Source: an uncultured delta proteobacterium
Lineage (GTDB): Bacteria; Desulfobacterota; Desulfobacteria; Desulfobacterales; JAFDCJ01
DNA length: 64,000 nt
Direction of reading: 5' to 3'
NCBI GenBank assembly: GCA_963769935.1
Contig: CAVYNY010000022.1
Span: 64,001 to 128,000, forward strand
Shown piece after piece: positions 1 to 10,050 of this stretch. The translations under genes and the position numbers were made by a program. Positions within the stretch are counted from its first letter, which is position 1. The number at the start of each line of letters is the position of its first letter. Below the pieces are notes generated by a model. It worked only from the letters and a program-made list of their open reading frames with translations, did no database searches and was not told the DNA's origin.

Positions 1-177
1 TTTGCTGTGATTAAAGGTCATTGACCCATATTCACGCTGAAATCTGGAGCTGAAAATGGTAAAAATCAGAGGCGCGTGCGAAGTGATACGTTGCTCTTGC
101 CTTTGATCCGGCTGCAACCTCGGTTGGTCGAATTCTTCATCAGCCGGGACGGCCTTTTTTTGTTGCATCCTCAACAT
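1..177 (-). CDS. PilZ-domain protein, N-terminal part (cut by window edge)
   Basis: Manual translation MLRMQQKKAVPADEEFDQPRLQPDQRQEQRITSHAPLIFTIFSSRFQREYGSMTFNHSK. AAGGAGG RBS upstream. RxxxR and start of NxSxxG motifs. Clear paralog of 36873-37220. Confidence 0.75.
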   Translation of the reverse strand, partial: MLRMQQKKAVPADEEFDQPRLQPDQRQEQRITSHAPLIFTIFSSRFQREYGSMTFNHSK

Positions 178-269
178 ATGCTACCTCCTTTCTGTTCAGC
201 TGGATATGCTTTGGGTGAATAAAATCCGGCGGCAAAGCTGAAAGAATATTTATTCAAATTTGAAAAACC

Positions 270-560
270 TGATCCTCCCTCCGGGCTGTAGGCCTACGGG
301 CCGGAAGCTGAGCCAGGTCAGATTAAACCCGATAGGCTGAAGAAAAATGCCGTGGAACGACGGAATATTGAGATGTTGGAATAAAGGGTTCAGAAGGATG
401 AAATCTTTTTTCGAAGCAACTCGTACGTCAGAGGTTAATCCGCGGATCTTTTTTAAACCTAATATTCCATTGCGCTACCCTTCCATCGTTGCATTGGACG
501 TCTAAAGGCCAACGCCACTCCCGTGGTATGAAATCAACGCCTCACCCTCCGGCTGGGATT
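270..560. repeat. Intergenic imperfect palindromic/8-mer repeat region
   Basis: GGAATATT (362-369) and AATATTCC (461-468) are inverted. Related CCTCCCTCCGGGCTG and CCTCACCCTCCGGCTG lie at the two ends. Confidence 0.4.
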
Positions 561-608
561 CTTTGCAGATATCTATATTTCTTTATTCCTACGTCAAACC
601 CAAATAGT

Positions 609-630
609 AAATACTGTCAATCATGTATCC
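609..630 (-). promoter_or_regulatory. Candidate operator, copy of the RRATAC-N10-STATTT motif
   Basis: Reverse complement is GGATACATGATTGACAGTATTT, matching copies at 4064, 9919, 34461 and 35095. Confidence 0.5.
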
Positions 631-757
631 GTATTCCTAAAATACAGTATAAAATTATATTTATGCCCGATGCATAACTTTGCAGCAGTCGCCATAATTT
701 ATTATAAAATATAATCCACCCCGACATCCGCATTAATTCATTGACAGGTCACTGTAT

Positions 758-1438
758 TTGCGCCAATGTATCGGCATATCCGGTGAATCGGGGCTGTTTG
801 TTTCCTTTCGAAGTCTTACCTTCGTAAACGATGCCTACTGTCGACTATATCACCGTTCCCGGGAAGAGTTGATCGGGCAAAAGATACCTCTGTCGGTATA
901 CGGTCCTGATGCCAAGCCGGTAAACCGCTATCTGGACACCCTGATTCTCGGCCAATTCCCCAGGGGGATTGAACACAGAGTTGCCTTCGGCAGCGACATT
1001 TACTGGATTTGCTGGAGCGATCAGGCTATTTTCGACACGCAGGGCCGGCTCCTGGAAATCCAGTCTGTCGGTCGAGACGTCACCGACCGCGTGCGGGCGC
1101 AAGATGCGCTGCGCGAAGCCAATCAAGAGCTGTCCGAGTTCGCCTATGCATTGACCCACAATTTGAAAGCACCCCTGCGGGCGGTTTCCAATTATGTTAA
1201 TTTTCTATATGAAGACCTGGCAGACATCCTGCAGGAAAAAACAAAGAAATAACTGGAAGGTCTAAGGCAGGCGATTGCACACAGAACGCGAGTATGAAGG
1301 CGTCGGCATGGGACTGGCTATCGTCAGGAAAGCCGCTAAAAATATGCGCGGCGCGGTTCGGGTGGAATCCGCTCCTGACGAGGGCAGCACGTTTTACGTC
1401 CGTCTGCCGTTTTCCCCTTCCTTGAACACCCGCAGGTA
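758..1438 (+). pseudogene. PAS/PAC sensor histidine kinase remnant
   Basis: PAS-PAC (SVGRDVTDR) and H-box (ALTHNLKAPL), then a stop at 1250-1252. Another frame gives the HATPase C-terminus EYEGVGMGLAIVRK...DEGSTFYVRLP. The middle of the kinase domain is missing. Confidence 0.8.
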
Positions 1439-1780
1439 GCAAATTTGACGCAAATTCAATTGGATGTTTTTCGGGATAGGCGGATTGGGGTTTGCCGAGC
1501 AGTTCATCTTCACTGCCTCCGAATATCACCGCCAGACGCTGTTCCCATGGAACTTTTTCCTCGGTGCCGTCCTGGATGTGCAGCGTGCGATTAGTCCACC
1601 GGGTCTCAAACTGCAGATCGTCAAAATCCGCGCAAATTCTGAAAAATATCGGGTTATCCATGATAAAATACTTGATTTTTTGAATGATTATACTTTCCCA
1701 GACCTATTCTTTTGCGGCGCAGGCGTGATTAAATTAAAGATAGACCAAGTGTTAAGATCTTTAGGAGAAGAAATCTGATT

Positions 1781-2437
1781 ATGTTTGCTTCCATTGCCCG
1801 CCAGGCAATATATAACCGTAAAGAGGAGATAATCGGGTATGAATTGCTCTACCGCTCCTCGATCCTAAATAGATGTCCAGCGGTGAACGGCGACCGGGCA
1901 ACCATGGCGCTGCTCCACCGGCTGCTTCAAACCGGCAGTATCGAACATGCGACCAATGGGAAATTGGCATTTGTCAATTATACCCGCAACCTGCTTCTGG
2001 AAAAAATCCCACTGACTACGCCGCACGATACCGGCGTGGTTGAGATTCTGGAGGATGTCCGGCCGGAGCGTCTATGGTGGAAGCCTGTGAAAACTACGGA
2101 GAAGGGATATGTAATCGTCCTGGATGATTTCATTTACCGCCGCGAACTGGAGCCTTTAATTCTTCTGGCCGACATCATAAAAATCGATTTTCACTGCGAA
2201 TCGCCCCATAAAATCGAAATGGATGTGAAAAGGCTCGCAAGCTATCCGGCAAAACTTCTGGCTGAAAAAGTGGAAACCGAATCCGAATTGAACATCGCAT
2301 TAGGCCTTGGATTCATCTATTTTCAAGGTCATTTCTTTTCGCAGGCAGAACCTTTTACCCGGACTGGTTCAGCGGGGCCTTCGCAGACTCCGCGCCGCGA
2401 GAAGGCGGAGGCCGGCCGCTTGGCCAAAATAGGATAG
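1781..2437 (+). CDS. EAL-type domain protein (YuxH/EAL-HDOD N-terminal type, lacking HDOD)
   Basis: IARQAIY, GYELLYR, AFVN, VVEILE, LDDF, KIDF, AEKVET and FQG motifs. Short locally shifted segment near 2065-2100. Confidence 0.8.
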   Translation: MFASIARQAIYNRKEEIIGYELLYRSSILNRCPAVNGDRATMALLHRLLQTGSIEHATNGKLAFVNYTRNLLLEKIPLTTPHDTGVVEILEDVRPERLWWKPVKTTEKGYVIVLDDFIYRRELEPLILLADIIKIDFHCESPHKIEMDVKRLASYPAKLLAEKVETESELNIALGLGFIYFQGHFFSQAEPFTRTGSAGPSQTPRREKAEAGRLAKIG

Positions 2438-2444
2438 GGCTGCG

Positions 2445-2855
2445 ATGGATAAAAAACACGGCCGCCCCCCGCTCCGGATTGCAGTGAAATATTTTCTGCT
2501 GCAATTGCCCGGGATAGCTTCGTTTGCTCTAATTCTTCTCCTGGTGCGACACTGGCTGGAGATCCCAGCCTACCTCGCGTGGGCCCTGCTCGGCATCTGG
2601 TTAGGCAAAGACATTTTTTTATTCCCCGTTCTCTGGCGCTTTTACGACCCGCACCAGTACCCCGACCGATTCCGAATGATCGGCCGCAAGGGTTTTGCTC
2701 TGACCCGTCTGAACCCTGACGGCTACGTTTTGGTCAAGGGAGAACGCTGGCAGGCGACCATTTGCGAAGGACAGTCTTCTATCGAGCAAGGCCGGGAGAT
2801 ATGCGTGGAGGCCGTCAACGGCCTCAAATTGACCGTGCGATCATGCACCGAATAG
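2445..2855 (+). CDS. NfeD-family membrane protein
   Basis: Two hydrophobic helices, then MIGRKG...LNPDGYVLVKGERWQA...VEAVNGLKLTV OB-fold signature. Confidence 0.85.
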   Translation: MDKKHGRPPLRIAVKYFLLQLPGIASFALILLLVRHWLEIPAYLAWALLGIWLGKDIFLFPVLWRFYDPHQYPDRFRMIGRKGFALTRLNPDGYVLVKGERWQATICEGQSSIEQGREICVEAVNGLKLTVRSCTE

Positions 2856-3042
2856 TTACTTAGAAGTACTCGCAATCAAAGATTTGAAAATGAACGCTGT
2901 GTATTATCGGTCTGGCCGGGGTTTTCCACCTGACCGCCAATGCGACGTCAGGGTAAATGTTGCGGCTCCAACAATCAGTGGATTTGTTAATCTGTATTCA
3001 GAGCTTTTCGGCGTCGTTGGCATAAGTTCGATTCGAATGGGC

Positions 3043-3960
3043 CTAGCTTGAGCTTGGCCGGCGTTTGACGATTTCGTGGACAGCGGATTTTATGTCCGGA
3101 TAGGTGAATTTGTAGCCGAATTTTTGCAGCTTTTCAGGCACCACACGTTGACTGTTGAGCAGGGACCTGCCGAATTCGCCCAGCAGGAGTTTGATCAAAA
3201 ACGCCGGCGCGGGAATAAACGTCGGCCGATTGAGCGCATCTCCCAATTTCGCGGCCAGCTCCCGATTGCGAATCGGCTGCGGCGCACAGAAGTTGACCGG
3301 ACCGTTGATTTTCCGCTTGGCTATCACGAATTTGTAGGCATAGAGCAGATCGTGCATATGAATCCAGGGAAACCATTGCCGGCCGCTGCCGAGCGACCCG
3401 CCCACAAAGAGGCGAAAAGCAGGTATCATTTTCCTCATCGCGCCGCCGTCCCGATCCAGCACAATTCCAAAGCGGGGCACCACCACCCGGGCGCCCTTGT
3501 TTGTAGCCTGCAGGGCCTCCCACTCCCAGTCTTTTCCCACATTGGCCAGGAAATCCTCTCCCGGCGGAGATTCTTCTGTGAGAACATTGTCGCCCCGGTC
3601 GCCGTAAACACCGACAGCAGATGTGCTGCAAAATATGATCTGGCGATCCTCCGGCAGGGCGTCAACCAAATTGCGAGTGGTTAAAATCCGGCTGTCATAA
3701 ATTTGCTTTTTATAGTCTTCAGTCCAGCGTTTAAAAATGGATTTGCCGGCCAGATTGATAATTACCTGCTGATCGCGCAGCTCGTCCTGCCAGGCTCCCG
3801 GTTTAGCCGTATCAGCCGGGATGTAGCGAAAATCGCCATGATCAATCAATTTGGGGTTGGGGTTCAGTCCTGTGGCGGTCACCCGGTTGCCCTCCCTTAA
3901 AAGGAAATCCGCGAGGTGGCGGCCGACAAAACCCAAACCGCCCGTAATGAAGTAGTTCAT
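3043..3960 (-). CDS. TIGR01777-family NAD-dependent epimerase (YfcH-like)
   Basis: ITGGLGFVG, INLAGKSI, SAVGVYG, GSGRQWFPWIH, SQRVVP. Start placed at ATG 3960. Confidence 0.92.
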   Translation of the reverse strand: MNYFITGGLGFVGRHLADFLLREGNRVTATGLNPNPKLIDHGDFRYIPADTAKPGAWQDELRDQQVIINLAGKSIFKRWTEDYKKQIYDSRILTTRNLVDALPEDRQIIFCSTSAVGVYGDRGDNVLTEESPPGEDFLANVGKDWEWEALQATNKGARVVVPRFGIVLDRDGGAMRKMIPAFRLFVGGSLGSGRQWFPWIHMHDLLYAYKFVIAKRKINGPVNFCAPQPIRNRELAAKLGDALNRPTFIPAPAFLIKLLLGEFGRSLLNSQRVVPEKLQKFGYKFTYPDIKSAVHEIVKRRPSSS

Positions 3961-4063
3961 TTGAAAATGTCCTTCCTGTGGGTCATGCTTTCTTGAGATC
4001 ATCTTTCTTTAGTAAGAAGCTAGTGCATCGGTATTGTTTTGCAATAGGGTATAACGGCACTCA

Positions 4064-4085
4064 AAATACACGATCGACCCTATTT
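4064..4085 (+). promoter_or_regulatory. Candidate operator, RRATAC-N10-STATTT motif
   Basis: AAATACACGATCGACCCTATTT in a divergent intergenic region. Confidence 0.45.
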
Positions 4086-4483
4086 TATTTTGACGAGTTT
4101 TTCGGATAAGTAATAAGGTCAGCAGCGATCCCTTTTTATTCAATCTGTTGCAGAAATTCCGAGTTCCTCACCTTGAACGCAACCAGATAGAATGCTGAGA
4201 AGAATAAAATCTTAAAGATAAATGCGAAGCATAAAAAAAAATTAATCCGCCGGACCAACGAACCAACGACTTTCTTGTTTCTGCAAAGAACCTAAAAATT
4301 TTTTTGATGAACTTCTGAAACGCTACAAGATTAACTTGGGTCAGCCGGATAAGTGGCGCGGCGACCCGTTTCACATCCTGATTGCCTGGAAATGGCCGAG
4401 CGCGTGGCAGAGAATGGTGCATCTGAATAAACGATCGTGTAATCAAATCTGATGGAAATTCTATTTTTTATGGAAGGCTTAGC

Positions 4484-5368
4484 ATGATCAACAAACTGCA
4501 AAGAATCGGCATTTCACAAATAATGACGGCCATCGTTTTCTGTATTGCACTAGCGATGCCTGCCGGGGCTGCAGAAAATCCGGCCGGGGCCCTGCGGGCC
4601 AGTGCCATGATCGATCAACCGATTTTCAATGGCCAGGGACAGGAGCTCGGTGATCTTGATGATCTCGTCGTCAAAAGAAACGGCAGCATCAAAACCGCGT
4701 TGATATCGGTCGACGGCTTTCTGGATGTAGGCGAAAAACTGGTATCCGCCCCGTACAAGTCTTTAAAATTTGCCGACGGCAAAATTAATTTGGACATCAC
4801 CAAAAAGCAACTCGAGGAGCGGCCCGAATTCGACTATCGCAAAAAAGGTCTATTTACAAACTATGGCTACCGTCTTAATCCTTATTACGGCATGATGCCC
4901 GGACCCTACGGGACTTACGGCAGAGGCCTGCCGCCGGGGTATCGCCAGCAGTGGTCGGATGAAGGCGTCCCCATACCCAACAGTGGACCTCAAGGCGGTG
5001 GCGGCCAGGATCAGCAGAATGACCGTCCCTATTCGCGTCATCGCGATGAAGGCGGTCACGGAATGCAGAATTGGTACAATTCCTGGAATTGGGCCCACTA
5101 TCCGGCGCGAATGCTGGTAAGCGTCATATTAGGGCAGGCGGTTATCGACAAGCAGGGCGAGGAAGTCGCGACAGTGGAGGATCTCATTATCAGCACCGCT
5201 GGAAAGGTAGATCAGCTCATACTGTCTTACGGCGGCTTTTTAGATTATGGCGACAAGCTGGTGGCGGTACCCTATTGCCCCATCGGCTTTACCAACCGCG
5301 GAATCACCTACGACATTACCCGGCGGGAGATCGAAAACCTGCCGAAATTCACGGGCTTAAATCGTTAG
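4484..5368 (+). CDS. Exported protein with two PRC-barrel domains
   Basis: Signal peptide (AMPAGA). Two repeats of G.e.g.v.Dl.i...G.i....l.s.gGFL..G.KLv.vP separated by a G/Q/P-rich linker. Confidence 0.85.
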   Translation: MINKLQRIGISQIMTAIVFCIALAMPAGAAENPAGALRASAMIDQPIFNGQGQELGDLDDLVVKRNGSIKTALISVDGFLDVGEKLVSAPYKSLKFADGKINLDITKKQLEERPEFDYRKKGLFTNYGYRLNPYYGMMPGPYGTYGRGLPPGYRQQWSDEGVPIPNSGPQGGGGQDQQNDRPYSRHRDEGGHGMQNWYNSWNWAHYPARMLVSVILGQAVIDKQGEEVATVEDLIISTAGKVDQLILSYGGFLDYGDKLVAVPYCPIGFTNRGITYDITRREIENLPKFTGLNR

Positions 5369-5433
5369 GATCGTTTAGATGGTTTAGATGGTTTGGATCG
5401 TTAGATCGTTAAGATCGTTGATCGTTGGGATCG
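5361..5433 (+). repeat. Short tandem repeat, about 9-mer GAT(C/G)GTTTA
   Basis: GATCGTTTA GATGGTTTA GATGGTTTG GATCGTTA GATCGTTAA GATCGTT...; reverse complement recurs at 9856-9889. Confidence 0.8.
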
Positions 5434-5515
5434 AAGAAATCACATCCAATGAAACAATCCAGTCGATCTGATTCAACCTGAGTTAAGAGATTCCTGTCCA
5501 AACGATTCCAAGGAT

Positions 5516-7108
5516 CTATACCATCTGTCTGTTTCTAATCGGTTCGTAAAGGCTTTCAATATATTGAGCGGCACTGTCATTCCATCTGAAGCGCGCGGCC
5601 GCCGCGCTTTCACAAATTTTGCGCCATTGAGCCGGCTGTTTCTTCTTTAAGGCTACGGCCAGGGAGGCGGTTTGAACGAGGTTGTCAACCTGGGTTCGGA
5701 GGCTGTCGCCTTTAAATGCAAATCCGTTGCGACCGTCTTGTACCGTGTCTTTCAGACCGCCGACTTCGTGCACCAGGCAGGGCTGCCCGCTGCGCATGGC
5801 AAGCATTTGACTGAGGCCGCAGGGTTCAAAAGAGCTGGGCATCATAAAAAGGTCCCCGCCGGCGTAGAGGGCATCGGCGCATTGCTCTGAAAATCCGTTG
5901 ATAAAAAGAAAATTATCAAACCGAGAGCTCATTTCGGTCAGAAACTTCTCGTATTGCCGGTCTCCGTTGCCCAACATCAGATAGCAGCCGTTTTCGCCAA
6001 GGGCTTCAAGGATGCCTTGCAGGCCTGATATGCCGTCAGACCCTGATTCCCGTAGCAGCAAAACCTTTTGATCAACGATTCGACCAACCGATGTCAGCAC
6101 GATAGAGGGCGGGCGGAAGCGTTGACCAAGCTCGAGGGCACGGGCGTACGCCATGAACTGCGACGTGGGGACCGTATCCCAGACCCCGGTCCAGCGAAGT
6201 GTTGTGGTTCTGAAAAGATCCAGCATTTCCGGGAATTGATATCGCTTGGCGGCGGACTCCGGCGGATAATCGCAGCCGTTTAGAATACCTGTCAGCCGGC
6301 CGTCGCGACCGGCCTGAATCAGGTCGCTTTCCAGCCCCTCGCCTCCATAAAATACAGGTTTTTGGCTGGGCTTTTGAATCTCGGCGGCATAGGAAGGCGA
6401 AACCGTGTGAACGGCATCGGCCAGACGGATGCCGATCGCCATGGCATTGAAACAATCCGGCCAGCGGGGATCGGCAACGACGGACCAGTCATAATTGAGC
6501 TCCGGAAACCAGGCCTCCAGCGACGATTCATTGCCCCGCAGGGGGCGAACACCCTGCAGCGCCAGGTTATGGATGGTATAGATCAGTCGAATCTTTTTAA
6601 GTTCGGCATAATCCGGATGAAACGCCCGCAGTAAAGCCACAAAGGCCGCATGCCAGTCGTGCAGATGAATACAGTCAACTTCATCCAGCAGCTTGCCGCA
6701 AACTGTTGCCGACACGGCCGCGCCGAAAAGTGCGAAGCGCGACGCGTCCGTGAAAAAGGGCCGATCCGGCGGATCATCGGTATACACATTGAATTTGCCT
6801 GCCAATGAATCGAATGCGCCCAAAGCCGGGTGATGGATGACGAGCTGGGTGAGCGCCGGCTGCTTTGTTGCCGAACGGATTTCATATATGTCGGCGGTAT
6901 GCGGAAAGCCTCTGAACAAAAAACTGAGTGAATGTATCTTGGCGGCCCCGCTTTGCCGGTGCAAAAACCCGTGGGAAGGGGTGACAACGGTTACCCGGCA
7001 GTTGTGGTCCGCCAGGGCCGGCGGAAGATTGCGAATGACGTCGCCGATGCCGCCGACTTTGCCCCCGTCAAGGGCACCGTTTTCAGCCGCTACGAAAATA
7101 ATATGCAT
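5516..7108 (-). CDS. glgA: Glycogen/starch synthase (GT5)
   Basis: KVGGIGDV, HLHDWH, TIHNLALQG, TVSPSYA, GILNG, MPSSFEPCGLSQM, GGLKDTV. Confidence 0.9.
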   Translation of the reverse strand: MHIIFVAAENGALDGGKVGGIGDVIRNLPPALADHNCRVTVVTPSHGFLHRQSGAAKIHSLSFLFRGFPHTADIYEIRSATKQPALTQLVIHHPALGAFDSLAGKFNVYTDDPPDRPFFTDASRFALFGAAVSATVCGKLLDEVDCIHLHDWHAAFVALLRAFHPDYAELKKIRLIYTIHNLALQGVRPLRGNESSLEAWFPELNYDWSVVADPRWPDCFNAMAIGIRLADAVHTVSPSYAAEIQKPSQKPVFYGGEGLESDLIQAGRDGRLTGILNGCDYPPESAAKRYQFPEMLDLFRTTTLRWTGVWDTVPTSQFMAYARALELGQRFRPPSIVLTSVGRIVDQKVLLLRESGSDGISGLQGILEALGENGCYLMLGNGDRQYEKFLTEMSSRFDNFLFINGFSEQCADALYAGGDLFMMPSSFEPCGLSQMLAMRSGQPCLVHEVGGLKDTVQDGRNGFAFKGDSLRTQVDNLVQTASLAVALKKKQPAQWRKICESAAAARFRWNDSAAQYIESLYEPIRNRQMV

Positions 7109-7585
7109 GGTATCTCCTGATTAATCCGCCTTGCAAAATAACACATTCGGGGTTGTGAGTTGTTCTTTGAAAACTTTTGAAACCTATTAGTCGAAGCTCC
7201 GGCGGATTAATTTCTTTATGCTGCGCATTTAATTTTGCTAAGCTTATTTTTTTAAGATCATTTCAGCTACTTATATAACAGAACCGGAGAAACCAGGCAA
7301 CTGAATTTTAAAATAGATTATTCACTCCATTTAAACTTAATTAATCCGACCACCAGAATAGCTCATCTACAATCAGCGTCATCTATCCGCGGGTTAATTC
7401 ATACGGCCTCACCGGTTGACAAACCGCGCAGTTATTTTTAACATATTAATATAGACGGTTCTCAATAAGGGCCGGATAAAATTCCTTGGATCTGAGACCC
7501 GGCGGTTGACGTCGAATGTTCGCAGCATCCGGGAATTTTTATTTTTGAAGCAAAAGGCCCCGCAAACGAAATCAAGGAGAAAACG

Positions 7586-8245
7586 ATGTGCAATCCTTTT
7601 GGCGTAACCGATTGTGCCCTGATTGCCATTGCCACCGGCGAAAAAGCCCAAAACATAAGAGAAATGCACAACCGGCTCATGCGGACCTATGACGAAGGTG
7701 TCATATACTATCATTTCTGGGGCGGAATGCTGCGCCCTCATTTTATCGATCCGGAATATCAAAATCATTTTGCCGGATGGGCCTACCACGACCTCCACGA
7801 CCGACGACTGGCTGAAAAGCTGTCTATTATCAATCCGGCGCGCTATGCTTCCATCGAGGAATTGCGCCAGCAAGTCATCGAAGTCTTCGAAGAACGGATG
7901 GACGAAGATGACGCTGCATCGCGGGTGGAGGCGGAACACCCTTTTTTTTTCATGCGATCGCAGATCGTTGTCTTCGACACACACCTGCGGGTCGATACGC
8001 CCGAGGCGCTTACCGGCTTGATACCGGATTTATCGCTGGGCAGCCTTTTTTATCACTTCATTGATTCCCGACGTCGAACCCCGTCGGGCGGCGATGACTT
8101 TTCCGAATGGCTCAAATGCTGGGGAGACCGATATCATGACTTGGTGGATGAGATCCATGCCATCGATCCCTATTTTAACAGTCTGATTGAATTGCGGGAG
8201 GATCTGGCAGAAATATTTTCTTTTCATTTGAAAACCGAGGAATAA
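7586..8245 (+). CDS. DUF5752-family protein
   Basis: Two internal repeats of the .YYHF.....NdFa.W type. AAGGAG RBS. Directly upstream of treT. Confidence 0.75.
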   Translation: MCNPFGVTDCALIAIATGEKAQNIREMHNRLMRTYDEGVIYYHFWGGMLRPHFIDPEYQNHFAGWAYHDLHDRRLAEKLSIINPARYASIEELRQQVIEVFEERMDEDDAASRVEAEHPFFFMRSQIVVFDTHLRVDTPEALTGLIPDLSLGSLFYHFIDSRRRTPSGGDDFSEWLKCWGDRYHDLVDEIHAIDPYFNSLIELREDLAEIFSFHLKTEE

Positions 8246-8247
8246 AC

Positions 8248-9486
8248 ATGACTGAATTGCTTGACCAATATGCCCCCATTGTCGGGGCGAACGTCATCGA
8301 TCATCTGCGCCAGTTGGCCGAACCTCTCAAAGGAATGAAAGTGATGCATGTAAATTCCACGCGCGAGGGGGGCGGAGTGGCCGAAATACTTCACCGCCTG
8401 ATACCCCTGAAGCAGGAACTGGGATTGGATGCGACCTGGGAGATCGTTGCCGGGGATTCACAGTTTTATCAGTGCACCAAAAAGATGCACAACGCCCTGC
8501 AGGGCGATCGTGTCGGCATTTCGAGCGAACTGCTGCAACACTATGAAGCTGTTAATGCCGATAATTTTGAAAGATTGAAAGCTCTCTTGCAGGAGGCGGA
8601 TATTGTCATTATTCATGACCCCCAGCCGGCCCCCTTGTTGAAATACTGCCGGGCCCGCAAGGGCAAATGGATCTGGCGCTGTCATATCGATGCCAGCCGG
8701 CCATTTCGTCCGGTGTGGAAGCATTTGCAAAATTTTATCAGCGATTACGACGCCAGCATCTATTCGCTGCCCGCCTTTGCCCAGCCCATGCCCCATTCGC
8801 TTTACATCATTCCTCCCAGCATTGATCCGCTGAGTGAAAAAAACGTTGCGCTCGATAGGGCAGAAATTCAGGGAGTCGGCAATAGCTATGGCCTCGATCC
8901 CGAGCGGCCGATCATCTCTCAGATTTCCCGTTTTGACCGGTTCAAAGATCCCGTCGGTGTGATCCGGGCCTACCGGATGGCCAAGTCCTTCGGTCCGCCG
9001 CTGCAGCTGATCCTGGCCGGTGGAACCGCCACCGATGACCCTGAAGGCGAGGAGGTCCTGGCTGAAGTCACGGCCGCGGCTCAGGATGATCCGGATATTC
9101 ATGTGCTGATGCTGCCGCCGGATGCCCATCGCACCATCAATGCCATCCAGCGATTATCCACAATTGTCGTGCAGAAATCACTCAAGGAAGGGTTCGGGCT
9201 GACCGTCACCGAGGCACTGTGGAAAGGCAAGCCGGTTATCGGGGGGGATGCCGGCGGAATTCGGCTGCAGGTAGTCAACCACCAAACGGGTTTTCTGGTG
9301 AATACGGCCGAGGGGGCCGCTCTGAGAATCCGTTATTTGCTGAAACACCGTGATCGCCTGCAGGAAATGGGAGAGACGGCCAGAACCTTTGTGCTGGAAA
9401 ATTATCTGCTGACCCGCCACCTCAGAGAATACCTGACGCTGATGCTTGCGGTCATCAGAAACAGCAGCGATAGAATCGAGCTTTAG
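8248..9486 (+). CDS. treT: Glycosyltransferring trehalose synthase (GT4)
   Basis: HVNSTREGGGVAEIL, IHDPQP, WRCHID, SRFDRFKDP, QKSLKEGFGLTVTEALWKGKPVIGG. Confidence 0.88.
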   Translation: MTELLDQYAPIVGANVIDHLRQLAEPLKGMKVMHVNSTREGGGVAEILHRLIPLKQELGLDATWEIVAGDSQFYQCTKKMHNALQGDRVGISSELLQHYEAVNADNFERLKALLQEADIVIIHDPQPAPLLKYCRARKGKWIWRCHIDASRPFRPVWKHLQNFISDYDASIYSLPAFAQPMPHSLYIIPPSIDPLSEKNVALDRAEIQGVGNSYGLDPERPIISQISRFDRFKDPVGVIRAYRMAKSFGPPLQLILAGGTATDDPEGEEVLAEVTAAAQDDPDIHVLMLPPDAHRTINAIQRLSTIVVQKSLKEGFGLTVTEALWKGKPVIGGDAGGIRLQVVNHQTGFLVNTAEGAALRIRYLLKHRDRLQEMGETARTFVLENYLLTRHLREYLTLMLAVIRNSSDRIEL

Positions 9487-9890
9487 TTCTGAGGTTCAGA
9501 TAAAGAAGCTCATAGCTGATAGCTCCCCGGTTAAATCCGCTTCGCCCCGGTTAAACAGGAAAAAAGGTTTAACTGGGCAGGCTGATCCATTGATATTTAA
9601 CGGGGTAAACATAGCTCATAGTTAAAAAACGCCGCAGAACGTCGAATCTCGAAGGAGGAATCATAATTCAACCTCCGTCGGCTTTGATTGAGAGCTAATA
9701 TCAAATAACTTCTACCCCCCTCCTATCTTCTATCTGTTATCCCTTTCCCACCCTCCCACCTTCTTACCCTCTCACCTTCCCACCTTCCCATCTTCCCACC
9801 CTCTGCCCCTTGCCCTTTGCCCTCTGTCTTCTGTATTCTGACACCTTATCTTCTGCAACGATCTAAACGATCTAAACCATCCAAACCATT
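9487..9890 (-). repeat. Modular intergenic repeat element, copy A (inverted relative to B and C)
   Basis: Reverse complement of 9611-9715 matches the cores at 19506-19640 and 22326-22478. Flanked by AGCTAT(G/C) 7-mers and purine-rich 8-mers. Confidence 0.8.
9525..9610. repeat. Two nested REP-like palindromes
   Basis: Outer CCCCGGTTAAAT (9525-9536) / ATTTAACGGGG (9595-9605). Inner CCCGGTTAAAC (9546-9556) / GTTTAACTGGG (9567-9577). Confidence 0.75.
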
Positions 9891-9918
9891 CCCCCAAAAT
9901 ACATATTCACAATTCCGC

Positions 9919-9940
9919 AAATACAGGATGGATAGTATTT
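9919..9940 (+). promoter_or_regulatory. Candidate operator upstream of glgE
   Basis: AAATACAGGATGGATAGTATTT, with a -10-like TAGATT at 9960-9965. Confidence 0.55.
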
Positions 9941-10050
9941 ACCCATTTAGATTAATGCTTAGATTAAAAAATGATCATCTTTAATATTCATAAATTAAAT
10001 CTAAAATTCTTGTATCCACAAATTTCGAAAACACAGATTAAGGACTCAGA

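Noticed and set aside
7311..7332. Further copy of the 22-bp operator (AAATAGATTATTCACTCCATTT)
   Set aside because: Four mismatches to the consensus in AT-rich DNA; indistinguishable from chance by eye.
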